This document shows, one piece after another, positions 1 to 10,223 of a DNA stretch of 64,000 nt. Origin of the DNA: Candidatus Poribacteria bacterium (lineage in GTDB: Bacteria > Poribacteria > WGA-4E > UBA9662). The position numbers were made by a program, and so were the translations under genes. The DNA is taken from the NCBI GenBank assembly GCA_002709695.1, contig PAQF01000078.1:116980-180979 (forward strand), given 5' to 3'. Positions within the stretch are counted from its first letter, which is position 1; each line of letters begins with the position of its first letter. Under the pieces are notes generated by a model. The model was given only the letters and a program-made list of their open reading frames with translations, was not told where the DNA came from and searched no databases.

Positions 1-708
1 TAAATGTTTTACGGTCATGTCATCCCTTGGTCTTAGCCATCGATAGCTATAACCGTAGAAAAGAACTTTTCGAGTAATATTTGAATAGTTTGGGCTTGCA
101 GAATGCCATAGACGACGATCAAAAAAGACCGCTGTTCCGGATGGTACACAGACAGTCAGGGCATTTTCTGGATCTAACGTCTTCTCTTGTGGCATTTTCA
201 ATTTGTTAGATTGGTGACTTCCCGGTACAACAGAAAAATTCCCGCACCCTGGTTGTGAGGTATCCGTCAAGAAGAAAGCCACTTTTAAAGATACCCGAGG
301 GCGGGGGTCACCTTGTAACTCTATGTTCAGGCGCCCACTATCTTGATGCCATCCAAGGCGCTTTTTTGGGAGTTCCTCATTTGCAGATTGAGGTGGTGTA
401 ATGACCATGTGTGAATGATAAAGTTGAATATTCCATCCAAGGATTCCCCACACTTTAGGAAAAGTTTTAGGCCAATCAAGCAATTCAAGAAAAAGTTCAT
501 CTTTACCAATAAAATCGAGCATATTTACTGTTCCATGTTTGGCAATACCATTTTTCTTACGGTACTGTGGAAGAAGTCGGTCAGCTGCGGAAATTAAGTT
601 TTCAACCAACTCCGGAGGTAACGCGTTTTTAATGATAAAAAAACCATCTTGTTCAAATTGCTGGTTTTCTTTTTTTGTTAAACAATAATTTAAACATTCA
701 GCATCCAT
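1..708 (-). CDS. Phytanoyl-CoA dioxygenase (PhyH) family Fe(II)/2OG dioxygenase, 3' end runs off the window
   Basis: Not in the ORF track. Manual translation from ATG at 708 (RBS AAGGAG upstream): MDAECLNYCLTKKENQQFEQDGFFIIKNAL...GWHQDSG...VVPGSH...RRLWHSA; HxD...H triad; frame open to base 1. Confidence 0.9.
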   Translation of the reverse strand, partial: MDAECLNYCLTKKENQQFEQDGFFIIKNALPPELVENLISAADRLLPQYRKKNGIAKHGTVNMLDFIGKDELFLELLDWPKTFPKVWGILGWNIQLYHSHMVITPPQSANEELPKKRLGWHQDSGRLNIELQGDPRPRVSLKVAFFLTDTSQPGCGNFSVVPGSHQSNKLKMPQEKTLDPENALTVCVPSGTAVFFDRRLWHSASPNYSNITRKVLFYGYSYRWLRPRDDMTVKHL

Positions 709-726
709 GATTTTCTCCTTCTTGAA

Positions 727-1188
727 CTAGCAGCATAAAACCACAAAGGTCTCATGTTTAGTTGAGATTTTAAAATCAGAACGTAATTCTAGATTAATTG
801 TTTGGAGTTCATAGAAAAGCTCTGCGATAAATTCCATCTTGCGCCCCTCTGTGAATGCCATGACTGCGTATATAATACCTCGGTAGTGCCAATCTTCATT
901 TCCTGCTAGCACCAAACTTTTATCAACATTTTGAATAGTAAACCCTTCTTCATTTATCTGAGGAGTGATTCCCTATGGTATCTCAAATCCAAAGGATTCG
1001 ATATTATTGCTTTGACCAACATAAATATGTGTATCGGATATTCTTTGGTTGTCTGTTGTGATCGGGAGTTCCGTACCAGATATACTTTTAATTGTTTTTT
1101 TGAAGTATTTTTGAAGTTTCAATTGCTTGGTCCAAATCCTCCACACCACAATTTTTGCTTTAGAGTGTCCCGACTCTACGATTATCAT
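727..1188 (-). pseudogene. Remnant of a DUF4838/GH67-N-terminal-like secreted protein, split by an in-frame TAG
   Basis: ORFs 973..1188 and 727..915 share a frame: ...SISGTELPI...HIYVGQS...FEIP*GITPQINEEGFTIQNVDKSLVLAGNEDWHYRGIIYAV, resembling the N-terminal domain of DUF4838 proteins; the rest is missing. Confidence 0.6.
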
Positions 1189-1252
1189 CGTTTTGATCGC
1201 TTAACTTAGTTTTCTTTGTCTTGCCTTTTAAGAATGTTGGATATGATTCCAT

Positions 1253-1280
1253 ACTATAGTAGTCTAAGATCTTCTGTCAA
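1253..1280 (-). promoter_or_regulatory. Putative sigma70 promoter (leftward)
   Basis: Minus strand reads TTGACA-N16-TATAGT. Confidence 0.5.
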
Positions 1281-1338
1281 GTGGTCTGGGTTGAAAATAC
1301 AAAGTAAGTGAGGGGTGGTATACCTTTTTGGGTTTGGC

Positions 1339-1366
1339 TTGACAAACTAAAGTTTGGTGCTATAAC
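1339..1366 (+). promoter_or_regulatory. Putative sigma70 promoter of the hisI-COG0523 operon with an internal palindrome
   Basis: TTGACA (1339-1344)-N16-TATAAC (1361-1366) with extended -10 TG; palindrome CAAACT-AA-AGTTTG at 1343-1356. Confidence 0.65.
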
Positions 1367-1459
1367 ATATCGGTTCACAAACAAATTCGATTGATTTACA
1401 GCCTTTACTGATAATTCAATACTTTTTAAGTTTATCTATGAATAATTAAAGTAAGGAAA

Positions 1460-1945
1460 ATGGAGCCGAAAGATATTTTTGCTGAACGTATAAGTGTAGA
1501 AGAAGTGGAAGAGGGAGACCAACTTGCGCCCAAATTCGACTCGGAAGGTTTGATTCCAGTTGTAACAACTGATTATAAAACTGGCGAGTTGCTGATGCAT
1601 GCTTACATGAATCAAGACGCGCTAGCCAAAACAATTGAAATTGGTGAAGCAGTTTACTGGAGCCGGAGCCGTCAATGCTTATGGCATAAAGGTGCTACAA
1701 GCGGATTGGTTCAGAAAATCCACGAGATTCGAGTTGATGATGATCAAGACTGCATCTGGTTGCGGGTGGATGTTATGGGAGGTGCAAGTTGCCATGTTGG
1801 CTATCGATCCTGCTTCTACCGAAGCATTCCCTTCAGTGAAGAAGCGGAAGGGAAATCGCCAATCACGTTAAACTTTGAGGATATGGAAAAAGTTTTTGAC
1901 CCCAAGAAAGTTTACGGTGATGCCCCGAATCCAACCAGATTATAA
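1460..1945 (+). CDS. hisI: Phosphoribosyl-AMP cyclohydrolase (variant with DDDQD in place of DCDxD)
   Basis: Motifs [45 protein letters not shown]. Confidence 0.93.
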   Translation: MEPKDIFAERISVEEVEEGDQLAPKFDSEGLIPVVTTDYKTGELLMHAYMNQDALAKTIEIGEAVYWSRSRQCLWHKGATSGLVQKIHEIRVDDDQDCIWLRVDVMGGASCHVGYRSCFYRSIPFSEEAEGKSPITLNFEDMEKVFDPKKVYGDAPNPTRL

Positions 1946-1968
1946 CAACAACATGCAAGGGGGAGCTA

Positions 1969-2196
1969 ATGCCCAGATATGATTTTGAGTGTTCTGATTG
2001 TGATGTTGTATTCGAAGAGAAAGTTTCGTTGGCAGACTTAGAAAAAGCTGTTGAGTGTCCACTATGTGAAAGTCTAAACACCAAAAGAACTATTGGGATG
2101 CCAATGATCTTTAAAAAACAAAATAGTCAATCAAGCAACGTAGCCAGCCAAAACACAACTCGTGGGCGTCACCGCTCTAGCTGTCCTTGTTGTTAA
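1969..2196 (+). CDS. FmdB-family zinc-ribbon protein
   Basis: MPRYDFECSDC...ECPLCES; C-terminal HRSSCPCC; RBS GGGGGAG. Confidence 0.85.
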   Translation: MPRYDFECSDCDVVFEEKVSLADLEKAVECPLCESLNTKRTIGMPMIFKKQNSQSSNVASQNTTRGRHRSSCPCC

Positions 2197-2228
2197 TACT
2201 TAATTTTTAAGTTAGGATAAAATAGAAG

Positions 2229-3263
2229 ATGTTTGAAGTCTCAGACCCAAATTCCCCTATACCGATTACTATTCTAAGTGGATTTCTCGGTGCAGGAAAA
2301 ACTTCACTGCTCAACCATATATTACACGGAGATCATGGCCTCCGTGTTGGAGTCTTAGTTAATGATTTTGGTGAAATTAATATTGATGCGGAATTAGTTG
2401 CTGGTGTTTCTGGGGACTCAGTTAGTCTTTCAAACGGCTGTGTTTGCTGTTCGATTCGGGACGATCTAGTTGAATCAACTTTACAACTAGTCCAAGGGCC
2501 TAATAGACCTGAATATCTTATACTTGAAACAAGTGGGGTGGCAGATCCGGTCTCTGTTTCACTTACTTTTGTTGAAAGCGAATTGAAATCGCTAGTTGAA
2601 GTAGATAGTATATTAACTGTTGTGGATGCCGAGAATATACGAAGTTTGGATGGTGATTATGAGGAACTTGCTGAGGATCAAATTAGCTTGGCAGATATCG
2701 TAATTCTCAACAAAGTTGATCTCGCAAATCAACTTACTCTAAGTGAATTAAAATCATGGATTCATGGAATGGTTCCGAATGCTCGGATTATGGAAACAAC
2801 TCATGGGAAAGTTCCGCTTGAATTGATATTGGGTATAGGTCAATTTGAACCTGAGCGTGTTCTTGGGAAAACGCGCTCCGACATACACGTACATGCCGAA
2901 TCTGGTCATGATCATCACCAACATGACCACGAAGATAATGGCCATGATCATGATCATGATCATACATTGGTTTTTAGCACATGGAGTTATAGTTCTAGTG
3001 AACCGCATTCTTATAAGGCACTGCGTCAGGCTGTTGAGTCCTTACCTTCTACTATTTACCGAGTAAAGGGGATTGTATTTCTCAATGAATCTCCAGATCG
3101 GTGTGGTGTTATTCAGCTGGTAGGTAAGCGAACCCGTGTATCTGTTACCCAATCATGGGGTGACAAAACACCTTACACCCGAATTGTAGTGATCGGCACT
3201 CATGGGGGGGTCGATGCCAGCGAGCTCTCAGAACGTTTTGAATCTTGTCAAGTTAACGACTGA
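2229..3263 (+). CDS. COG0523/CobW-family G3E GTPase metallochaperone with His-rich linker
   Basis: GFLGAGKT Walker A, GCVCC, ETSG, NKVD; [26 protein letters not shown]; CobW_C (RVKG...IVVIG). Confidence 0.95.
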   Translation: MFEVSDPNSPIPITILSGFLGAGKTSLLNHILHGDHGLRVGVLVNDFGEINIDAELVAGVSGDSVSLSNGCVCCSIRDDLVESTLQLVQGPNRPEYLILETSGVADPVSVSLTFVESELKSLVEVDSILTVVDAENIRSLDGDYEELAEDQISLADIVILNKVDLANQLTLSELKSWIHGMVPNARIMETTHGKVPLELILGIGQFEPERVLGKTRSDIHVHAESGHDHHQHDHEDNGHDHDHDHTLVFSTWSYSSSEPHSYKALRQAVESLPSTIYRVKGIVFLNESPDRCGVIQLVGKRTRVSVTQSWGDKTPYTRIVVIGTHGGVDASELSERFESCQVND

Positions 3264-3265
3264 AT

Positions 3266-4645
3266 TTGAAGCACAAAGCACAAATGGATATTGAGATGAA
3301 AAATCGAGTTCCAGTTACAGTGTTAACCGGTTTTTTGGGGGCTGGGAAGACGACCCTACTTAACCGTATTCTCAGTGAACATCATGGTAAACGTATTGCA
3401 GTTATCGAGAATGAATTTGGTGAAATAGGGGTTGATCACGAACTTGTGATTGGTACAGACGAAGAGATCTTCGAAATGAACAATGGTTGTATCTGTTGTA
3501 CTGTTCGTGGCGACCTAATCCGAATCCTAGGGAACCTAATGAAACGCCGGGATAAATTTGATTACATCTTGGTTGAAACAACAGGTTTAGCTGATCCTGG
3601 ACCAGTAGCACAAACTTTCTTTATGGATGCTGAGATGCAAAGCCAACTTGAATTAGATGGCATTGTTACTGTTGTTGATGCTAAACATATATGGCAACAT
3701 ATTGACGAAAGCAATGAGGCTAAGGAACAAATTGCCTTTGGTGACGTGATTTTGCTGAATAAAACAGATCTCGTAAGTCCAGAAGAACTCGGCAAACTCG
3801 AAAAACGCGTTCGTTCAATTAATGCTATGGCAAAGATTTACCAAACACAAAGCACATCTATTGAGATTAACAGGATTCTGAACATTGGAGGTTTCGATCT
3901 TGAACATGCTTTAGACATTGACCCTCACTTTTTAGAACCTGAGTACCCATTTAAATGGGTTGGGGTGTATCAACTTGAACCCGGAATGTATGAATTAACT
4001 AACCGTGAGAATCAGCAAATAATAACAAATGTTTGTATTCTAGATGCTACTGCTAAGTTTGATAAAAAAGAAATAGCGAACGAAACACTAGAAGAAGCTG
4101 TATTAGTATTTTCAGATGAAGAAAAAACAATTGATGGCCAATCAACTGTAACAATAGGGAAGGTCTTGAATCAATTGTCGTTTTCTGACGATATTACGTC
4201 CCAATGTTACTACGTGGAGATAAAAGAGACAGGATGTTACATGCTTTTTACTGAGCATCATCCACATGATTTTGACTTGGGATTGTATGATGGTAAGGGG
4301 AAAATCGATCCTGTTTATGATTATGAATATGGACACCACCATGAACATGATGATGATGTTACATCTGTTGGTGTAAGAATCGAAGGCGACCTAGATCCAA
4401 ATCGATTCAATGAATGGATTGGACATCTCCTTCAAACAAGAGGTCCCGATATCTTCCGTATGAAAGGAATTCTTAGTTTCATTGGCGTTCCAAACCGACA
4501 CGTTTTTCAAGGTATTCATATGCTCTTTGATAGCGAACCGGATAAGCTTTGGGAAGGCGAGATACGCCAAAATGAAATGATTTTTATTGGGCGCCATTTG
4601 GATCAAAAAGAGTTAGTTGAAGGGTTCAAATCGTGCCTCGTGTAA
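3266..4645 (+). CDS. COG0523/CobW-family GTPase with an internal insertion domain
   Basis: [35 protein letters not shown], CobW_C (FRMKG...FQGIH...IFIG). True start may be ATG 3284 or 3296. Confidence 0.95.
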   Translation: MKHKAQMDIEMKNRVPVTVLTGFLGAGKTTLLNRILSEHHGKRIAVIENEFGEIGVDHELVIGTDEEIFEMNNGCICCTVRGDLIRILGNLMKRRDKFDYILVETTGLADPGPVAQTFFMDAEMQSQLELDGIVTVVDAKHIWQHIDESNEAKEQIAFGDVILLNKTDLVSPEELGKLEKRVRSINAMAKIYQTQSTSIEINRILNIGGFDLEHALDIDPHFLEPEYPFKWVGVYQLEPGMYELTNRENQQIITNVCILDATAKFDKKEIANETLEEAVLVFSDEEKTIDGQSTVTIGKVLNQLSFSDDITSQCYYVEIKETGCYMLFTEHHPHDFDLGLYDGKGKIDPVYDYEYGHHHEHDDDVTSVGVRIEGDLDPNRFNEWIGHLLQTRGPDIFRMKGILSFIGVPNRHVFQGIHMLFDSEPDKLWEGEIRQNEMIFIGRHLDQKELVEGFKSCLV

Positions 4646-5685
4646 GTAGAAAAAAAAGGACTATAAGTCTGTGCGAGAACTGGCGAAGTATGATTAGTGA
4701 CCATGTAATTGATCTCTGTTGGTCTCCTCGAAAGGAGAAAATTGCAGCGGCCGCAGTCAGTGGACCTATTACTATTTTTAACGCTGAAACTGGTGATGTT
4801 GATCACGCGTTGGAAGGACATGGTTTTGGAACTATGTCTATAGCATGGCATCCGGAGGAGGACATGCTCGCAACTGCAGGCCAAGATGGGAAAGCGAAGT
4901 TGTGGTCTACAGAATCAGGAAATTTGCTCATGGAACTAGAATGTGGTGCGTCTTGGGTTGAGCATGTTTCTTGGAGCACTGATTCTACAAAAGACCGGAT
5001 TCTGGCGACTAGCGCCGGGAAAAAAATAAAATTCTGGTCTGCAAACGGTAACCTAATAGGGGAGGCCTCGGATCAGCAAAACACAATTTCTGATATCCAA
5101 TGGAATCCGGAAGAAAACATACTCGCCTCAATTTCCTATGGTGGGATAAAGCTATGGTCTCCTGATATTTCAAACGAACTCCGCATTTTTGATTGGCAAG
5201 GATCCGCATTGAAGATTCACTGGAGCCCTGATACCCGTTTCATAGCTACTGGAGACCAAGACTCAACGGTACATTTCTGGTTTGTGGAAACTGGACAGGA
5301 TCTCCAAATGTCTGGTTATCCAACTAAGATTCGTGAACTCTCTTGGGATAAGAGTAGCCGATATTTGGCTACGGGGGGTGGTTCACAAATAGTCATTTGG
5401 GATTGTTCCGGAAAAGGGCCGGAAGGGCGGAGACCAATTATGTTGGATGAGCATAAGGATTTTCTCGTAGATATAGCTTTTCAGCATCACGGAGATCTTT
5501 TAGCTTCAGCAGGTCTTGATGGCTTACTGGTAATTTGGGAACCCTTCACCGGCCGCAAACGGAAGCAACCGAAAGCTAGGATTGGTTTTGATCAAAGTCT
5601 TACAAAAGTAGCATGGTCCCTTGATGATACCAAGGTTTTAGTCGGTGATGATTCGGGGATTATCGCAGTTTTTACGCTTGGCTGA
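4633..5685 (+). CDS. WD40-repeat beta-propeller protein
   Basis: Repeated units such as GH...W...[39 protein letters not shown]; overlaps the upstream GTPase by 13 nt. Confidence 0.92.
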   Translation: MPRVSRKKRTISLCENWRSMISDHVIDLCWSPRKEKIAAAAVSGPITIFNAETGDVDHALEGHGFGTMSIAWHPEEDMLATAGQDGKAKLWSTESGNLLMELECGASWVEHVSWSTDSTKDRILATSAGKKIKFWSANGNLIGEASDQQNTISDIQWNPEENILASISYGGIKLWSPDISNELRIFDWQGSALKIHWSPDTRFIATGDQDSTVHFWFVETGQDLQMSGYPTKIRELSWDKSSRYLATGGGSQIVIWDCSGKGPEGRRPIMLDEHKDFLVDIAFQHHGDLLASAGLDGLLVIWEPFTGRKRKQPKARIGFDQSLTKVAWSLDDTKVLVGDDSGIIAVFTLG

Positions 5686-5807
5686 AAAACTGAGGCAGGA
5701 TCTTAGGTAGTTAAGATGCGTCGTTCGGCGACTCTCCTTAATTACCTTGAAAAATTAATGTCAATAAGATTCAATTATCAATCTGGTAGTATATCCTGAT
5801 TAAAACT

Positions 5808-6695
5808 TTAATCTACTGGTCGAAGCTCGGATGATAATTTCTGAAAACTGTTGATTAGGTCAGTAAGTTTACGTTGTTGGGCATTCACTTTTTGCTGGAT
5901 ACTTTTAACAAGATTGGCGATTGGGTCACTGTCTTTACTGCCTTTCTCTCGGGCCTTATGAATTTCTTGTTTAAGTTTGTAGATTTCACCTGATTTGATA
6001 CGATTGATTTCCACGTGCAAGTCTGAAAATGAGCCCTTTGCGCATTCAAGTTGTTGTGCTAGGTGCTTTTTCTTCTCCGCGAAAGTTTGGTCATGCAACT
6101 CGATTTCGTCGGCTGTTTCCACACTTATACGTTTAAGTGTATCGATATCTTGATCTTCATAGGCTCGGTTGATGACTACCATCATCTGTTTTTGCCGTTC
6201 ATAGCCCTCTTTACCTTCAGCTGATTTATCTGGATGATAAGCTTTAGCAAGTTCGAGATATAGTTTTCGTACGTGCTTCGTTTGCGAGGTTGAAAGTTTA
6301 TTTTTGTTGTTATTCTCTTCGATTTCTTTTTCCTGCTTTGTTGCGTCTTTTTCGTGATTTTCTAAGCGTTGCCGTTGCGACTTAAAACAGGATGCAACAC
6401 GTTCCTCGATTTTTGCTTGGGATACACCTTCTCGAACCAACAGTAGACGTAGCTTATACTCTCTCATTGATAAATTTACCTTATCAAGCTCGATATATGT
6501 CCCTGCCACGCGGAGATCATATGCTTTTTGGAAGTGGCGAACTTCAAGTTTTAAATCTTCAAGATCAAGCGTCATTTCTGCAACTTGGTGACGTGTCAAT
6601 TGAAGCTCAAGTTGTAGCTCTTCAATTTCAATCTGGTCGCGGTTTTTGGTGGGAACGATAGCAGCGCTAGGCATTTCCGATCCTGAACCAGTCAC
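5808..6695 (-). CDS. J-domain (DnaJ-like) protein flanked by coiled coils
   Basis: VRKLYLELAKAYHPDK...MVVINRAY with intact HPD; GTG start shares one base with the infA TAG. Confidence 0.85.
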   Translation of the reverse strand: MTGSGSEMPSAAIVPTKNRDQIEIEELQLELQLTRHQVAEMTLDLEDLKLEVRHFQKAYDLRVAGTYIELDKVNLSMREYKLRLLLVREGVSQAKIEERVASCFKSQRQRLENHEKDATKQEKEIEENNNKNKLSTSQTKHVRKLYLELAKAYHPDKSAEGKEGYERQKQMMVVINRAYEDQDIDTLKRISVETADEIELHDQTFAEKKKHLAQQLECAKGSFSDLHVEINRIKSGEIYKLKQEIHKAREKGSKDSDPIANLVKSIQQKVNAQQRKLTDLINSFQKLSSELRPVD

Positions 6696-7063
6696 TATTT
6701 TCTTCGATAAATAATGCGTCCACGAGTCAAATCGTAAGGTGATAGTTCAACTGTAACGCTATCACCCGGTAAAATGCGGATAAAATGCTTACGCATGCGG
6801 CCACAGATATGTGCTAATACTTCATGCTTGTTCTCAAGTTCGACCCGAAAAGTAGCATTCGGTAAGGGTTCTGTAACTGTTCCCTCTACCTCTATTTTAT
6901 TCTGTTTTGATTTTTGGCTTTGTTCGTTTTCACTTGTGACCTGCTCCGGTGTATTGGTTGCAGCTACTGTAGTTTTGGGCTTTTTCTTTTTTCTTCTGCG
7001 GTTGTTATTATGTGGTTGAAAACCACCTGTTTTCTTTTTGAATGGTCTTTTTTTCCTGCTCAA
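6695..7063 (-). CDS. infA: Translation initiation factor IF-1 with a 50-aa basic N-terminal extension
   Basis: [64 protein letters not shown]; TTG start after AAGGAG, overlapping the cinA TGA. Confidence 0.95.
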   Translation of the reverse strand: MSRKKRPFKKKTGGFQPHNNNRRRKKKKPKTTVAATNTPEQVTSENEQSQKSKQNKIEVEGTVTEPLPNATFRVELENKHEVLAHICGRMRKHFIRILPGDSVTVELSPYDLTRGRIIYRRK

Positions 7064-7917
7064 TTTTTTCTCCTTGTGCCTGTTACATTTGATTGATTTT
7101 TTTGTTTTGTGTCAATGCGAAATGAGTTTCCTTGCGCGGTGACAATTTCTCGGAAATAATTTACAGATTCTTGCAGTAGTAGCTCCACGTCATCTTGGCT
7201 TGAACTCGTTGTTATGATATCAATAGGCATTCCTCTATCTGTTTCACGTAGTGCTACATATGCTTTGACATAAACATTAGGGAATTTCTCCATTACCTGC
7301 TGCATCAATGGAGATACGCCTGATTCATGTAAGTCAACATATATGCGGATAGATGATCCTGCAGCACTAAACCTCTTTGATATTATTGGGGCAATATGGT
7401 TTTCAAAAACTGCCTGCATTTCACGTGGTGGGCCTGGCATCATTACAAGAGTAGATTGTTTCACTTCAACAGAGATACAAGGAGCCCATCCAACGGGGTT
7501 TTGGAATACCACAGCTGTTTCTGGCACCGTAGCCATTTTGACCAGTGCTTCACCAACTTCGGAGCGATCGCGAAGTTGGCGCCTCTCCATGTAGTTCTGT
7601 ACAGTGTTTTGGTCAACCACTAGATCTTTTCCAATAATTTCAGCAATCATTTCTACTGTCATATCGTCTGGTGTTGGTCCAAGACCTCCAGTGGTGATAA
7701 CTAATCCTGTTTGACGGTGTTCGATTGAATCTTGGATAGCCTCCTTCATTTCATCAAAATCATCACGAATCATAGAAATCCTGCGTATCGTCCCACCAAG
7801 TTGAAAAGTTTGTTGGGCAATCCAGTGTGCATTTGTATCTTGAATTTGTCCCAGAGTTAACTCAGTACCGATTGAGAACAACTCTATTACTGGTTCAGAT
7901 TCCAAATTGGATTCCAT
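7060..7917 (-). CDS. cinA: CinA-like (COG1058 molybdopterin-binding domain) protein without the C-terminal PncC domain
   Basis: [48 protein letters not shown]. Confidence 0.85.
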   Translation of the reverse strand: MESNLESEPVIELFSIGTELTLGQIQDTNAHWIAQQTFQLGGTIRRISMIRDDFDEMKEAIQDSIEHRQTGLVITTGGLGPTPDDMTVEMIAEIIGKDLVVDQNTVQNYMERRQLRDRSEVGEALVKMATVPETAVVFQNPVGWAPCISVEVKQSTLVMMPGPPREMQAVFENHIAPIISKRFSAAGSSIRIYVDLHESGVSPLMQQVMEKFPNVYVKAYVALRETDRGMPIDIITTSSSQDDVELLLQESVNYFREIVTAQGNSFRIDTKQKNQSNVTGTRRKN

Positions 7918-9242
7918 TACGCTTTTGTGTCGGTAATAATCTGGCTATTCAACAAATTGAAAGTTATTCCTGTAGCCAATTTCGGATAAAAAAAGGTTGA
8001 CTTTTGCGGCATTGTTTTACCGTCCAAAGCAACTTCGTTGACATGATTAACGGACGTTGGATTCATTAAAAACGCGATTTGATAATCACCTGATCTAACC
8101 ATTTCGATTGTTTGGTCAGTGTTAGCTTTGTAGCTAATTTTTTCCTGATCTTTGGGGATTGTAACATCCACACCGAAAAATTTATTGATGATTTGGTCAT
8201 GTAGTATTTTAACATCAAGCTGATCAAGACGGGGGGCATTTGGATTTGATGGTGGTGCGATAACCAAGTGATAGTTTTGATTACCTGTGTAAACACCGAA
8301 AGCCGGTTGCTTATCAGAGAATTTTTCTAACTCTTCTCTTAGTTGGCTAAGGTTGTTATACTTAGTAATTTCAAAATGATCAGTTAATCTTCTGAGGGCT
8401 TCCGACACAAAATCCGGATCAAGTTGATATAGAAGTCGATTAATTGGTAATACTGCTAAACCTTTTGATTCCATACGTACCAAATTCATCATAACATAGT
8501 TATGGCCTTCAGAACCGTTCCATGTCTTCGATTTTTTTTCGATTTGTGCTTGATTTTCATTACGAAAAGCCAGCGACGTTTCGTACCGATGATGCCCATC
8601 AGCAATCAACAACGTTTTGGAAGCAAAAGCTGCCTTGATCCGCCCATTAATTTCGTCATTTTGGATCCTCCACATACGATGTGTTGATCCGAATTTTTCA
8701 GTGGTATCAATTAGAGGAAGGTTTAAAGCTGTATAATTTTGCATTTCATCTTCAATAATTCCTTCTAGATCAGAATATAAAAGAAAAATCGGGCTTAAAT
8801 TTGCATGGGTTCGGCGCATCAAATTGAGTCGGTCTAATTTGGGGGCAGCGAGCGTTTTTTCATGTGGGAGAATCACTCGCTTGTTAAATTCTTCCAACTT
8901 TCCAATAGCAATTAATGCTCTTCTTGTATAAGCTTTGCCTTCTGGGGTGTCGAAAGACTGGTCATAAACGTAGTAGCAAGGGGATGGATCTTTTATGAGG
9001 ATACCGTTACTAATCCAAGATTGCATCTGTTCTGCAGCACGCGTATATTGATTTTCTGTTTCTGTGTCTTGATCAGTAGGTTGGTTTAGGATGAGACGAA
9101 CGATGTTATGCTGATTCTGTTCTTGGAGTTGGATCCTATCTTCAACATTAATTACATCATAGGGAGGGGCAATAACTTCTGAAATATCATTGATTTTCTC
9201 TGGATTGTATCGTAATCCGCAAAATGGTACAACTTCTGCCAT
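7917..9242 (-). CDS. DUF1015 family protein (ParB/sulfiredoxin-like DGHHR motif)
   Basis: PFCGLRY, APPYDVI, PHEKTL, IADGHHRYET, MPQKSTFFYPKL. Confidence 0.92.
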   Translation of the reverse strand: MAEVVPFCGLRYNPEKINDISEVIAPPYDVINVEDRIQLQEQNQHNIVRLILNQPTDQDTETENQYTRAAEQMQSWISNGILIKDPSPCYYVYDQSFDTPEGKAYTRRALIAIGKLEEFNKRVILPHEKTLAAPKLDRLNLMRRTHANLSPIFLLYSDLEGIIEDEMQNYTALNLPLIDTTEKFGSTHRMWRIQNDEINGRIKAAFASKTLLIADGHHRYETSLAFRNENQAQIEKKSKTWNGSEGHNYVMMNLVRMESKGLAVLPINRLLYQLDPDFVSEALRRLTDHFEITKYNNLSQLREELEKFSDKQPAFGVYTGNQNYHLVIAPPSNPNAPRLDQLDVKILHDQIINKFFGVDVTIPKDQEKISYKANTDQTIEMVRSGDYQIAFLMNPTSVNHVNEVALDGKTMPQKSTFFYPKLATGITFNLLNSQIITDTKA

Positions 9243-9270
9243 AAAGTACTTTCTCTTAATTTAACTATGT

Positions 9271-10200
9271 TTAATCCCAAAGACGCGTACTGAAATACCG
9301 TTCCCCTATATCACAAAAAACGGTGACGATTTTCCCTTTCTTTATGTGTTTAGCAACCTCATATGCAGCTTGCATATATGCACCAGAAGATTGGCCAACG
9401 AACCATCCATACTTAGCCAAGGTGTTGCACATATCGTAAGCTTGATCAATAGAGATTGGGATTTTCTGGTCAACGATGCTATCATCGTATATCTTAGGAA
9501 CAATGTATTCAGGACTTCCAAGGGGTTTTAATCCTTCAATACCCGGAAATTCATCAGGAGCCACACAGCATATTTGGATATTCTTGCTGAATTCTTTCAA
9601 ACGACGACCCACACCAGTGATTGTGCCACCCGTTCCAACACCTGCCACGAAATGCGTCAATTCCCCTTGGGTTTGGTCTAAAATCTCAACTGCTGTGGTG
9701 TGATAGTGAGCAAGCCAATTGTCATTATTCTCATATTGATCAATCATAAAATACTTGTCTGGCAAGGCAATGTAGCGCCTATGAGCCTCCCGCATGGCTT
9801 CATCATAACCTTGAATAGCATCGGTAAAAACAATGTTTGCACCATGCGTTGAGATTCGCTTTTTACGTTCTTCGCTGGCATTATCTGGCATAACTAACTC
9901 AACTCGGTAACCTAAGACGGCCCCTATCATTGCATACGCAATCCCCGCATTGCCAGAAGTAGAGTCGAGGATAGCCGTGCCTAGTGTCAATTCGCCACTT
10001 TGAATTGCTTTGGTAATCATCCTCAGTGCTGGTCGGTCCTTGATCGAACCACCTGGATTGAACGTTTCCATTTTGGCAAAAAACTCCACATCTGGAAACT
10101 GATCATCAAAAAGGCGTAATTTGACCAAAGGTGTGTTGCCAATTTGCTCCAGGATAGGGTACTTTGAAAGGTCGAATCCTTCCGATTCGCAAGTTTTCAT
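9271..10200 (-). CDS. cysM: CysM-type PLP-dependent cysteine synthase (possible O-phosphoserine sulfhydrylase)
   Basis: GNTPLV, NPGGSIKDR (PLP Lys), TSGNAG, GVGTGGT, SSGA, DIGERY. Confidence 0.85.
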   Translation of the reverse strand: MKTCESEGFDLSKYPILEQIGNTPLVKLRLFDDQFPDVEFFAKMETFNPGGSIKDRPALRMITKAIQSGELTLGTAILDSTSGNAGIAYAMIGAVLGYRVELVMPDNASEERKKRISTHGANIVFTDAIQGYDEAMREAHRRYIALPDKYFMIDQYENNDNWLAHYHTTAVEILDQTQGELTHFVAGVGTGGTITGVGRRLKEFSKNIQICCVAPDEFPGIEGLKPLGSPEYIVPKIYDDSIVDQKIPISIDQAYDMCNTLAKYGWFVGQSSGAYMQAAYEVAKHIKKGKIVTVFCDIGERYFSTRLWD

Positions 10201-10223
10201 CTAAAGTTCAATGTCCGATTAAG

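Noticed and set aside
970-976. In-frame TAG as pyrrolysine or stop-codon recoding
   Set aside because: TAG ends many intact genes here, no pyl genes are present, and the read-through product is still truncated; a nonsense mutation is simpler.
2900-2965. CATGAT-type repeats as a DNA repeat element
   Set aside because: They encode the His/Asp-rich linker of the COG0523 protein.
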